Source: the human T2T-CHM13v2.0 reference genome, Homo sapiens. Taken from it: a stretch of DNA of 64,000 nt. Location of the stretch: NCBI RefSeq assembly GCF_009914755.1, contig NC_060928.1. One strand, written 5' to 3'. This document shows, one piece after another, positions 29,292-43,150 of the stretch (position 1 is its first letter; every line of letters starts with the position of its first letter). The translations under genes and the position numbers were made by a program. Under the pieces are notes generated by a model, which saw nothing but the letters and a program-made list of their open reading frames with translations, was not told where the DNA came from and made no database searches.

Positions 29292-30018
29292 TAAGAGGCA
29301 TACATCACTTAGTAAACTAATGAAAGCGTATTGTGAATGATAGGGATTGTCAATGAGGCAGATCAGATTCCGATTTGACAGGCAACAAATCAATGAAACA
29401 GACACACCTGCACAGTTTGAAATAGAGGATGAAGATACAATTGATGTGTTCCAACAGCAGAGGGGAGGTGTCTACTGAGAAGGGAGGCTGCTTCGTTACT
29501 CCAGGACTGTTTTCTTTTCAGACCAACATGACATTCTCAGTTAGAAAACTGCAATTTGGTTCTACCACATTCTGACTACTACAGTATAGTTTTCTCTATT
29601 ATTTAATTTCCCCCTTCCCCATTCCTTTATTGCACATAAAGTAACTGGCATATGTGCACAAGCATATTGCATTTTTTAACTAAACAGCCAATGGTATGTT
29701 TTGATTGACATCACATGGAGACGGGATAGGGAAAAATACTGATTGTGTGAAAATGCCCCCTTTCTCCTTTAGTGGCATGCTCACTCAGCTCTTATCTTTC
29801 TATTCTAGTAAGTTATTTTGCTTTTACTGTTTTAACAAAACAACAACATAAAAATCCTTGTATACCTTGTTCAATTGGAGAATTTTAATGTTTTTCATTT
29901 ATCCTTGTTAAACCAAGGACGGTTTTATAACTCTTTTGTATGTAGCTGTTACGTGTAGGGGAATCTGTCTTTAAGTAGGGATAAATTACTCTAAAACAAA
30001 CAAAAAAAGTAATCCTAT

Positions 30019-30297
<279 letters not shown>

Positions 30298-30794
30298 GAA
30301 TCCTAGATACTTTTCTCTTCACATATCTTGTTTAAATAAACTTTTTGCTTAAAATTTAAAAAAAAAATAATAATTGTTGTGCAAACCAAAACGAGTATGT
30401 GGGATGTTACATGAATTTCTCTTTGGTCAGATTTATATAGAGGTGAGACTAAGTCACAGAGAATTGCTTTTATTATGCCTGAGGAATGCATCTTAAACAT
30501 GGGACATGCTGCTCAAAAACGGGCCTAACTTTGTTAGATGTTTTAAGGAAACTAAGGTTCCACATCCATGTGCCTACCTGCCAACTGGGCACACCCACAC
30601 CATATCTCATAGGCACTTGCCCCAGACTGAGGTAATCTTTCTCATCAAAACTGCTCTCTTTCTAGTCTTCCCCATTTCTGTGAATTAGGTATCATCACTC
30701 ATCAGTTGCCAAGCTTGAAATCTGGGCATCTTCCTTGCCCCCTTCATTTTTCTCACAACCTCCCACATCTAATAAAAATTAACAAGGCCTCTGT

Positions 30795-31232
30795 CTGTCC
30801 ACTGCAAGACTTTTACACAAATGTTCAAAGCAGAATTATTCATCATAGACCAAATGTGGGAATAATCCAAGTGTTCATCAACTTGTAAATAGAAAAATGA
30901 AATGTTGTATTTCTACACAATAGAATACTATTCTACAATAAACAGGAATTAACTATTGAAACATGCTACAACACGGACGGACCTCAAAAACATTATGCTA
31001 AGTAAAGGAAGCCAGACACAAAAGATTACATATTGTGATTCAAGTTATTTGAAATATCTAGAAAAGGAAAATCTATAGAGACAAAAAGGAGATCAGTGAT
31101 GCCTGGGTTAGGGGGTGGGAGCAGGGATTGGGCATGAGGGAATTTTGGGGGTGATGAAAATGTCCTAAACCTGGATTATAGTGATGGTTGCAAAACTCTA
31201 TCCATTTACTAAAAATCATTGAATTGTATACT
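30795..31232 (+). mobile_element. L1M(E/C) 3' fragment
   Basis: AAATGTTCAAAGCAG, AAACATTATGCTAAGT, GGGGGTGATGAAAATGT. Confidence 0.8.
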
Positions 31233-31326
31233 TTTTTTAAAAAAAGGCATTTTATTTGAAAAATAACTTAGATATTTTATATTGAATCAAACAGATTTAT
31301 TATAGAAAGAAAAGCAAAGGGCATAA

Positions 31327-31651
<325 letters not shown>

Positions 31652-31759
31652 AAGAGTTCAAGAAGATTAACAAGACCTATCCACTCCATTTTCTAATTTG
31701 TCTCCCTATCCTCACCTCCCTTTTAATCCCCTCTGCTATTACCCTAGTTTAGCCTATTT

Positions 31760-32410
31760 ATTTGTTTGTTCAACAAACATTTGACCACCTACTATGTGCC
31801 AGCCACTTTCCTAGATGCTTGAGGTATAGTAAACAAACCAAGCAGACCCCTGGCCTCATGGAGCTTACATATTGGCAATAGAGGGGCCAGCATCACCTCC
31901 AGGTGTACTCCCACGACTGTGCCCTAACTGTTCTCCCTACCTCTGGCCTTGCCCCACTCCATCAGTGTCCACTACAACCATAGTGATCCTTCAAGAATGC
32001 AGATCTGATCCTGTCCCTCTGCTTAAAAACTTCCAATGGCTTCCAGTTGCCTTTTGGATAAACTTCAAACTCCTAACCAGGACTTGACTGTAGCTGTGTA
32101 TCTGGAGCCGGCCGGGCCTTTGTGCCCAGGCTGTGTGTGCCAGCTGTAGCCACTTCCTCCTTTGTGCTCTCCTCCATCCATACTGGCATCTTCCCTTTCC
32201 TGGGTCTGCCAGCCCTCTTCATTCTCTTTGCTAACCTAACTCCCATTTAATCTCTATATCTCTGTTTAGAATCCTTTTGCAATCCCTCAGTTCCAGTTTA
32301 GGGGGCCTTCCTATAGTTCCCCAGTCTGCCAGACAGATTTCATCACACAGTTCCCATGGAAAAGAGATGCACAATAAAACATGTTAATAAAACACGTTAG
32401 GTGAATGAAC
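31760..32410. mobile_element. L2 fragments
   Basis: TTCAACAAACATTT...CTACTATGTGCCAG; CCTCTGCTTAAAAACTTCCAATGGCTTCC. Confidence 0.65.
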
Positions 32411-32452
32411 ACCCAGAAAGAAACATCTAGAGAGAGACAGGTTGAGCCAATA

Positions 32453-32701
32453 CAGGTTAAGTATCTCTTATCCTACATGCTTGGAACCAGAAGTGTTTTG
32501 GATTTCAGATTTTTAAAAATTTTTTTTGGATTTTGATATTTTTGCATTATATATTTACCAGCTGAGCATCCCTTATCCAAAAATCCAAAATCCACAGTGC
32601 TCCAGTGAAGATTTCCTTTGGGCATCACGTCAGTGCTCAAAAAGTTTCAGATTTTGGGGCAGTTTGGATTTCAGATTTTTGTATTAGGGATACTCAACAT
32701 A
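32453..32701. mobile_element. MER46A/Tigger4a, near full length
   Basis: TA-flanked TIRs CAGGTTAAGTATC... / ...GATACTCAAC; AGAAGTGTTTTGGATTTC. Confidence 0.85.
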
Positions 32702-33256
32702 TATTGACTTTTGTTACTTATGTGATACCATAGCCCCCACATTTAAGGGAAAGAGTGTTTTTCAGAGTTAGGAAACAGGAGCTTTATATACAATTTCCAT
32801 GAAGGACACAGTGAGAAAGAAAGTCAAGATGATTTATCCCTCTAAAAAAAATGAACATAGCAAGATTTTCCGTTCTAATTCTATAAATGAGATTAACAAT
32901 GAAGTGATATGCATACAAAGTGCTAAGGTTATTTGGTTAAAAGAAACTAAGGTAATATTTTCGGAGAGAAAAGAAAACCAGAGAATAATTCTATCCCTAT
33001 TGTTGGCATTGAGGATATTGCTTCAGCAGGCATATATCTTAAATGTTTTAATTAAATTCTTTTTACTGGAACTTACTCTGTTACTTCAAATTAGGGACCA
33101 AAAAAAAAAAAAAAAAAGAATACCGTTTCTCTCTGCTCACCAGCTTCTTTTGATAGGAACAGTAAGCTTAAACTATGTGGCAAGTTGACTTGAAACTTAG
33201 TTACTCCCCAAAGAAAAGCTACTGATATGTCACCATTTTGTAAAGGATACATGCAT

Positions 33257-33551
33257 TTTTTTTTGTTTTTTAGACCAAGTCTCGCTCTGTCACCCAGGCT
33301 AGAGTGCAGTGGCGTGATCTCAGCTCACTGCTAGCTCCGCCTCCTGGGTTCACACCATTCTCCTGCCTCAACCTCCTGAGTAGTTGGGACTACAGGCTCC
33401 CGCCACCACGCCTGGCTAATTTTTTGTATTTTTAGTAAAGACAGGGTTTCACCATGTTAGCCAGGATGGTCTCATCTCCTGACCTCGTGATCCGCCTGCC
33501 TCGGCCTCCCAAAGTGCTGGGATTACAGGGTATGGTGGCTCATGCCCGGCC
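33257..33551 (-). mobile_element. AluY-like element with a micro-inversion at its 5' end
   Basis: TSD GGATACATGCATTTT on both sides. Confidence 0.93.
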
Positions 33552-34354
33552 GGATACATGCATTTTAATTTGGTGAAAAAATATTACTTGCATTAAGGGG
33601 ATTCTGCCTCATTGCCCTTAAAAAAGTTCTCTTCCCTACAAATTTCCAAACTAAAGGGAGCATACATCAAAACAACATTTGCTGTTTGTCGCTTTGATCA
33701 AGAAACACCCATTTCAAAAATAAACTCAAAACTAGGCCAGATTTTTTGAAAAGTCCCTTCCCTAATTAAATCAGTCAATATAAACAGCTTAGCCTCCCCA
33801 CTGGATAAGAAAGAAAAAGTGGGATGGGGTGAGGGTGGGTAGGTAGCCCAGGTAATAAGTAATTGAGTTGGGTTCCTTAAGCTTCTCATTTTGCCTGTCG
33901 CCATGACTGTCTTCAACGGTTAGCTCTATGAATCTCTATCAGACTTGAGTTGGAATCACACTGTGTGATTAGGGACTTAATATAGTCTTCTTTGGGTCTT
34001 CAAAAGCTTCTTTTGCCATTATATATTATACCAAGGTAATTTTAAAAATAATCTTATTGGCCAATGGTTTAGAAAGAAAGATTTTTTTTTTCTGAAGAAG
34101 ATCCACAGTTCTCCTCTCTGTTTCTGTAAAGTCTTATATTTTTCTGTTTTTTGTCCTTTTTGTCTACATAAAGAGAAAGGATGTTTAAGAGTAACTGCTA
34201 GGCAGCTTGCTGAGAGAAAAAAGCCAAGGGTGGAGGAGTGGGGTGGGGTTTAAATAGCAGCCAAATTGAGCAATAGTGTATTTTCCTCTTCAGAATGAAT
34301 TAGGCTATTTTCTTCTTTTTCATACTTGTTCTTTACTGTGTTTTTGTTAAAAAA

Positions 34355-34866
<512 letters not shown>

Positions 34867-35189
34867 TAAATTAGAATTAAAAAGTTGGACTTTTCTGATT
34901 CTGTATAATGTTTTCATCAATTCATATGTCGAAAAGTCAAAATTTTAAAGTATTTTTAATATAAGAGATACCTGTTTTCTATGAACAGTGATCCTATATT
35001 TCTATAGGTTATTTATCTTTTCTTCTCTCCTACACATTTTCAGGTAGGTGAGACAGGAACTCATTCACATCCTTGAATCTTTAGCCACCTCTCTGACTCC
35101 TCATAACGTGAGGATTGAGGCTGAGTTGTCCTCTAATAGCAGGAAGCAGAATAATCCTTTTTTCCTAGATCATATGTCAAATTTATTTT

Positions 35190-35534
35190 CTTCTCTCTCT
35201 TTCTCTTTCTTTCTTTCTTTCCTTCCTTCCTTCCTTTTTTTTTTTTTTTTTTTTTTGTTTTGACACAGGGTCTTGCTCCATTGCCCAGGCTGCCACAATC
35301 TCAGCTCACTGCAAACGCTGCGTCCCCAGGCTCAAGTGATCCTCCCACCTCAGCCTCCCAAGTAGCTGGGACTACAGGCACACATCACCATGCCCAGCTA
35401 ATTTTTGCATTTTTTGTAGAGCCAGGGTTTCTCCATGTTGCCCAGGCTGGTCTTGAACTTCTGGGCTCAAGTGATCCGCCTGCCTCGGCCTCCCAAAGTG
35501 CTGGGATTACAGGCGTGAGCCACCACACCCGGCC
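35190..35534 (-). mobile_element. AluJ with a (TTTC)n/(TTCC)n tail
   Basis: Reverse Alu dimer. Confidence 0.9.
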
Positions 35535-36255
35535 ATGTCAAGTTTCTAGAAGCCATTTCTTACCTTCTCCCCACTCATCCTCCCCATTACCCCCACTCTT
35601 CAGCAACTGTGGCATACTAGTCTCTGGTCTTAGGGTTCATACCGGCTGCCAGGGGTCCTTCTTGGGTTGGCTCCAGTTTTCTGAAATCTGGCAGTTAGTT
35701 AATAAGAAAACGAGGGATATAAATAATGGGCTTAGACAGTTTCCTCTGGGTATGCTTTTAGGTTCTGTCAGATTTATTCATTCCTACACATGAGGAAGAG
35801 ACCAATGTTCCCTTCAGACATGAATATGAACATAGACCAGAGATAAACAAGGTGGGGTGTGTGTAGGGAGTAGGAGGGAAGCTCAAAGTCCAGATGCGTA
35901 TTAGCACCGGTGAAAACACACCCATTTATGAAGAACAGGGATCTCATGCTGGATAAGGGGACAAAAAGCAGAATTCTTAACCTGGCAACTACCATACTGA
36001 CAGAAGCAGGGTTCTCACTCATTAATTCATGATATTGAAGTACCACTGGTATTTCTAAAAACAGTTTTCAAAGCATTATTTGTTTTGTGATCTCAGTAGT
36101 TTGAAAACTCCAAAGGAATGTTTATTGGAGATCTATTATCTACCATGCCTTGTACTAGACACTGTAGGTACCCAGAAGAGTAAGAAAGATGTAGTCCCTT
36201 CCCTCAAGAATCTTACTGTCTAGTTGTCAAAATCCTGGAGTATATTATAAGTAGA

Positions 36256-36603
36256 GGCCAGGCGCGATGGCTGATGCCCATAATCCCAGCACTCTGGAAG
36301 GCCAAGATGGGAGGATCACTTGAGGCCAGGAATTCAAGACCAGCCTAGGCAACATAGAGGCCCCATTTTTATAAAAAATTTAAAGATTATCTGGTCATGA
36401 TGATGTGTGCCTGTAGTCTCACTTACTCAGGAGTCTGAGGCAGAAGAATCCCTTAAGCCCAAGGATCCCTCTGAGGCTGCAGTGAGCTGCGATCATGCCA
36501 CTGTAATCCAGCCTGGGTGACAGAGTGAGACCCTGTCATCAATCAATCATTAGATACGTAGTTAGAGGATAGATAGATAGGTAGGTAAGTAGATAGATGA
36601 TAG
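36256..36603 (+). mobile_element. AluJ followed by degenerate (TCAA)n/(TAGA)n
   Basis: Alu dimer. Confidence 0.88.
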
Positions 36604-37417
36604 CAGAGAAGGCTGAGAGCTGATACAGGCTGAGGAACAAAGTCAGGGGACCCTAAAGTTATTCAAGGGATTAAACAGGATAAGGAAAATAAAGCACTCA
36701 GCAGACTTCCTGAGACACTGGTCAATAAATGGAAGTTGTTGTCAGTAGCAAGAATAATATTCAGATAAATTAGCTCCAGGAGTAGATCTCGTTGGGAATA
36801 CAGGGCATACGCATATGCTTCTCAGCAGTTTTATGACAAGTACCAAAAATTTGGTTCATAAATTCAGGGAAAAAATGGCTGGAGCAACTGGGAAAAGATC
36901 TTGGAAGAATGGGACTTACAAAAACAAAGGGGGACAAGGAGGATAGCCTAGCCTTATAAAAATGAGATGGTGGGCATGTGTCTAGTGTTTTAGGAACATG
37001 AATTCAACCATACCTGTGTGTGCTATTCACCATGTGGCATCAGAGATGAATGAGGCAGAATCCCTGCTCCTAAAACACTTTTCATCTAGGAGGAAGATTT
37101 TTGTTTTAATGGTATCAATAGATTTATTAAAGTTAAAACGTGATAAAGGCTATAGTAGATGATTGAATGATGCAGTTTTGAACACTTAGAAGAGAGAGAA
37201 GTTGCTTTTGGATGAGGATCAGAGGCATTTCATTGAGAAAGGAATATATTTTGCAGGTCCTGGGAGGTTGGCTAGAATTTCCATAGCAGAGATTGGCGTT
37301 AAGGAAAGGATCGAAACCCAGACAAAGGAAAATGGAGGAGGGAAACCAGGGCATGCTTGTAAAATGGTAATTATTCGACTCATTAAAGGTCGTTAGAAAA
37401 ACTCTGACCCTTGGAGA

Positions 37418-37702
<285 letters not shown>

Positions 37703-37984
37703 TCAGGCAAAGTTATGTGAAAAGGTACAATTTTTAAAGAAAATTTGAATAAATTCCCATTTACTGAGGAAAAATCATTCTAGAGACATCTGGGGCTTTG
37801 TCCATCCCCCATTAGACTTACGAGGTAAAAAGGGTTTAGAAGTAGCTTGGTTTTTCTTAGTGCCCTGAATAGGAATAAAGTATTTGCCTGTACAGAATGA
37901 ATGTGTCCACTTTCCTTTACCTTCTAGGAGATAGCAAACTTTGTCCTCTTATTAAAATAGTTTAACCTACAGCACATCTTGGTT

Positions 37985-38220
37985 ATCCAGGGTGGTGTGA
38001 GAGAAAAGCACGGGCTTTGGGGTTGGGCAGACTTCTCTGAGTCTTCATTCTCTCCCTTCTTTACTGTTGGACCTTGGGAAGTTACTTAAAAGTTGAGCTT
38101 CGTTTTCTCTTCTATAAAACAGGACTGATAATAGCTACCTTAAGGTATTATTGTAAAAATTAGAAAGAAAGTATATAAATAACCAGGCGAGGTGAATGAC
38201 GAGGCAGCACAAAATACATG
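37985..38220 (+). mobile_element. MIR
   Basis: AAAAGCACGGGCTTTGG...GACCTTGGGAAGTTACTTAA. Confidence 0.75.
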
Positions 38221-39302
38221 GTGGCTGCTTCTCTTACCAATAGACAATGGCGCAACTCTTTGTGGGCAAGTGTGTCTGTCTGTATTGCCATGATTTTTGG
38301 TTTACCATCAAGAAATGGCAGCCAAGAGCCTGCTAGAATCTGCTCAGGACTCTGTTATCTTCTTGCCTTTGGCCAATACAAGCACATGTTGGACACCGCC
38401 CAAATGTGCCCACTATAAGAATTTTAAAAGTATATTTTTCCCCCATCTTATCTTTTCGTTTCTAGGCAAGAGCGCTAAAGTATGTGGCATAATACTCACA
38501 TCCGGCTTGGAGTAGAACAGTTTCCTGAACACCTACGGGGAGAAAGTTGTGCTTAAAAGCAAATAAACTGGAAAGTCAAGAAAAATTTTCCTCTTGCGTG
38601 AATCTGCTTGTGAAAGTCTAAAATAAAATGTGTGATTTGAGGCAAATGAAAGAGATCCTAGAAAATTAAGTACTCTGAAGAGTTATCGTGGTGGTTACTG
38701 GCTAGAATCCCTCTTAGAAGCACATTGTCTGTAGGTTTTTAGAGAATAAGAGAGGTGAATTAGCTTTTTTAAGTCAACAATTAAAGTGAGACTGCCAACA
38801 AAAGTAAACAGGAGCTACATTTAATTTCTGTTTTTCCTTTGAGAGCCAAGGAGGCCAGCACTTCAAGTCCAATGAAACTGCTAACTAGCTAATGGAAAAT
38901 TTTTCTTTTCAAACATAAATATTAAGGTTTACAAGTAAAGATAAGGGTTTTTTTGTTGACATAGAGCACCAAATAAGACTTAGCCCCTTTTAGAAAATTT
39001 GTGGACATTCAATATCATATTGTCTGGACCTCAGTAGGAGTAAATCATCAAAGGAAGTCATTTGCATTTCAGGAACCCCAATTAGTTTTACCCTAGCAAC
39101 TTTTCTTGCTTTTATCTCTTGAAGTTTACTTTTCATGGCACTTTGGGTTTTCTTAAAGCAGTGTATGGCAATGTTGATGACCTTTAAATATTTATATGTA
39201 GTCAAGACTTTATATACCAAAGTCTTAAGAAGACAACTGAGTCAGTCGGATGGGTGTTTTGATGCTATGAATAAAATTGAAAGGCCCAAAATTCTGATAT
39301 GA

Positions 39303-39759
<457 letters not shown>

Positions 39760-40733
39760 TAAGTGATAAGTTTGTAGCAATGGAAAAACATGATTCTACC
39801 AGTCATTAAAACAGATTTCTACAAGTCATTTGTTCAACTTGCATGCCAGTTTATGACAGTGTCACCTTTCTCTATTTCTAGTTCTCCTGTCTCCTTACTT
39901 ATCACATAAGATTAGAGTCAGATACCTCAACCTAGTCTTAAAATCCCCCACCCACTGCCCTCCAGGCACGCTAGTGTCTTCCATCCCAGGTCTACTCTTG
40001 GCCTAGTCTTTCATCCTTTTCATCTCATTATCTCCTACACTGTTTCCCTGGCTCTTTTTCCCCACCCAGTCATCAGGCAGCTTCTCAGACAGGGAAGCAG
40101 TATTTGTTAAAATACAAGTTGTAAGCCAAGGATAGGAACTGTACCAAATTCCATGCTTAAATCTTCTATGCTTCCCCTTCCTCATAGCTCCCCCAAGCCT
40201 TTACTTATCTTCATCTATGTCGTTAAAACATGAATATTTTTCTAGAAGAAAAAAAAAAGCTTCCATTAGAACATATGGGATTATGCCCCAGAAAAGATTC
40301 AGTCCTCAAGTCTTGTGCTTTTTGGACATCATCAATTAAAATACTCACTTGTCTCAACAGAAAATAATATTCTCACTTCTGCTCAGGCAAAGGTTAGGTT
40401 CCGAATGCCATCCAGCTCAGCCTGTCCATCCTGCACATAACCACCTCCCCACACTCCCCAGGCACATTCTCCTCGGTGACAAGGACCTACCGGTATTTGA
40501 ATGCACTCCAGTTGAACCCATGCTGTTAAGGACCTGTCACTTGTGGAGTTTTACCTTTCAGGATTCTGGGCCATCATTACTCATTGTCACCTAGATCACA
40601 TGTCTTTTTCAAAGAGTCAAATGCCCTTCACATACCAAGCACACTTCACTTTCTTCCAGAAGGTTGTCGCCACTAACAGGAGGTGGCAGCTGTTAGTAAT
40701 TCACATCAACCCTGTTGAGAGCTTCAAGGTTGA

Positions 40734-41208
<475 letters not shown>

Positions 41209-41284
41209 TGAAAGACATTACCCTATTTCTCCCACATAATCATCACTCACCCCCATACATGTTAAGTGCTGCCTGATTAATAAG

Positions 41285-41530
41285 AGCTAAAATTCAATAA
41301 GCACTTCCTTTATAGCAGGGACTATCCTAAGTGCTTCATATAAAGTATTACATCTAGAACTTCAGCAACTCTGTGATTCAGATTCAATGTTTAGCTACCA
41401 TTTTGTAGGTGAGAAACTGCTTCATGGGGTAAGTGGTCATCACAAGATCACATCATAAGCGCTGCAGCCAGGACTCAAATTTACCTATTCTGCTTCAGAG
41501 ACTACACTTTTAACCATTAATTCCATGATG
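41285..41530 (-). mobile_element. MIR
   Basis: Diverged MIR core CCATTTTGTAGGTGAGAAACTG. Confidence 0.6.
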
Positions 41531-42271
41531 CAATACTGTCTCAACTGAAATGGGATTCCACCTTGGTGGCAAAGTCATTATGATCAAAATCAATGAGCCC
41601 GGCACCTCCCATTCAATATCCTCCCCATGCTGTCAGCATGACTTCTTGAACAGTGCAGATCTGATCATGACACTGGTATAAAAGTTGTAGTGATTTCTCT
41701 TTGCCTACAAAATAAAGTACAGATCTTGAAGATGGCCTAAAGGGCCATTATCTTCCACCATCTGCCTCTCCATCTATATCAACTGCCACCTGCCCATGCC
41801 CTAGTGATGTCACTTGCAGTTCCACAACTGGCCTGTGCTGTTTGATGCTTTGAGATCTTCAAACTTTCTGCCCTGAACTATTCCTCCCCTCCTCTTAGTT
41901 AGCAAGTTCATGCACATCCTTCAGAACCTCTCCCAAGCATGTCCTGTGCATCCTTCCCTGACATAAATATCCTCTCCTCTGTTTGCTACCAACACATAGA
42001 ACTATTTATCAAAATTATCATAGCCACTATTTTCAGCTCTCATGTGCCAGGCATAGTATTGAACACTTAGCATGTTTGCTGGGTACAAATATTGAACCAC
42101 AGACATAATTAAGGGAGAAATGTTACTGTTTCTTTAAAAAAAAAAAACTGACCATAATTTCTATTTTGAGACCTCATTCAGCTGGGAGACAGAAACTTAG
42201 TATCAGCCAATTCAGGATCCCCTCTAGCTCCTGGGGTTGCAGCTAAGTTGTAAGAAGCTTAGGCAGAGTCT

Positions 42272-42274
<3 letters not shown>

Positions 42275-42332
<58 letters not shown>

Positions 42333-42343
42333 GTGTGTATGTG
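42275..42343. repeat. (TG)n microsatellite, about 25 pure units then imperfect
   Basis: Directly visible. Confidence 0.95.
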
Positions 42344-43019
42344 TCTGGATGAGATTGAACCTTTGGTATCCTTGTCACCATTCCCCATGCTAGTGTCTGG
42401 TTGGTGTCTGGTGTCGGGATGTTGGTATCTGCAGCCTTTTCAGATGGATTAGGAATCTGTGCCCTCTTGGATTACCAGAAACAATTTGCCTCTCCTGAAC
42501 CACTTTGGACTGGAAAGATTGGTGGAAGGTATAACACTCTCTCCAGCCCAGGTGTACCACACAGACATTTCTTTCATTCCCACTCCATGCTGGGCTCGCA
42601 GGGACTCTGGGACTGAGTCAGTTCTCCGGAGTCTTGCCTGGGACCAGGGCCCACATCCTTTGTGCCCTCAACTCTCTGCTTCTCTGGAGCTTTCATCTTG
42701 CCCTACATAACACTCCTAACTCCCCTCCACTTTCCCTCTGGCTCTCCTTGCCTTTCTTTGTTAGTCCTAGAAAGCTGTAATGTCTGCTGGGAAGAAAAAC
42801 TGGCTCTAATTGAGTATTCTTGCACATCTTAAGTCGGGCACATGCATTCCTTTGTTCTATGAGTTCTGTTGTGTTCCCTTGTTTTTCTTTGGTCAGTGAA
42901 TGACACTGACTGGGAAGAAAGATGAAGGTTACTGGAAAAGTCAATGTTATGAGTAAGCAGTTAATATCTCACTGTTACCTTGGCCCCAAACACACACACT
43001 CAATGATTATCCCATATTA

Positions 43020-43150
43020 ATTTTTATAAAAACCTTCTGTGGAAGATGTAATTACCATTTTCACAGAGGAAAAACTGAGGCTTAGTGAGATCAACTGACG
43101 TCACCCCCAGCAGGCAAGATCTTGAATTCAGTCCGCACTTTTGACCACCA
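43020..43150 (-). mobile_element. MIR
   Basis: CCATTTTCACAGAGGAAAAACTGAGGCTTAG. Confidence 0.65.

Noticed and set aside
32799-33188. 129-aa AT-rich ORF
   Set aside because: Low-complexity sequence including an A-tract; no domain or exon signals.
35260-35793. 177-aa ORF and similar ORFs (39370-39762, 40837-41211, 20294-20605)
   Set aside because: Standard translations of antisense Alu sequence.
38990-39220. Minus-strand ORF containing LIGVPE, reminiscent of L1 ORF1p
   Set aside because: Only a 6-residue match, with no surrounding L1 similarity that I can see.
42065-42900. Possible old LTR around the (TG)n tract
   Set aside because: No clear termini or TSD, and no family I can assign.
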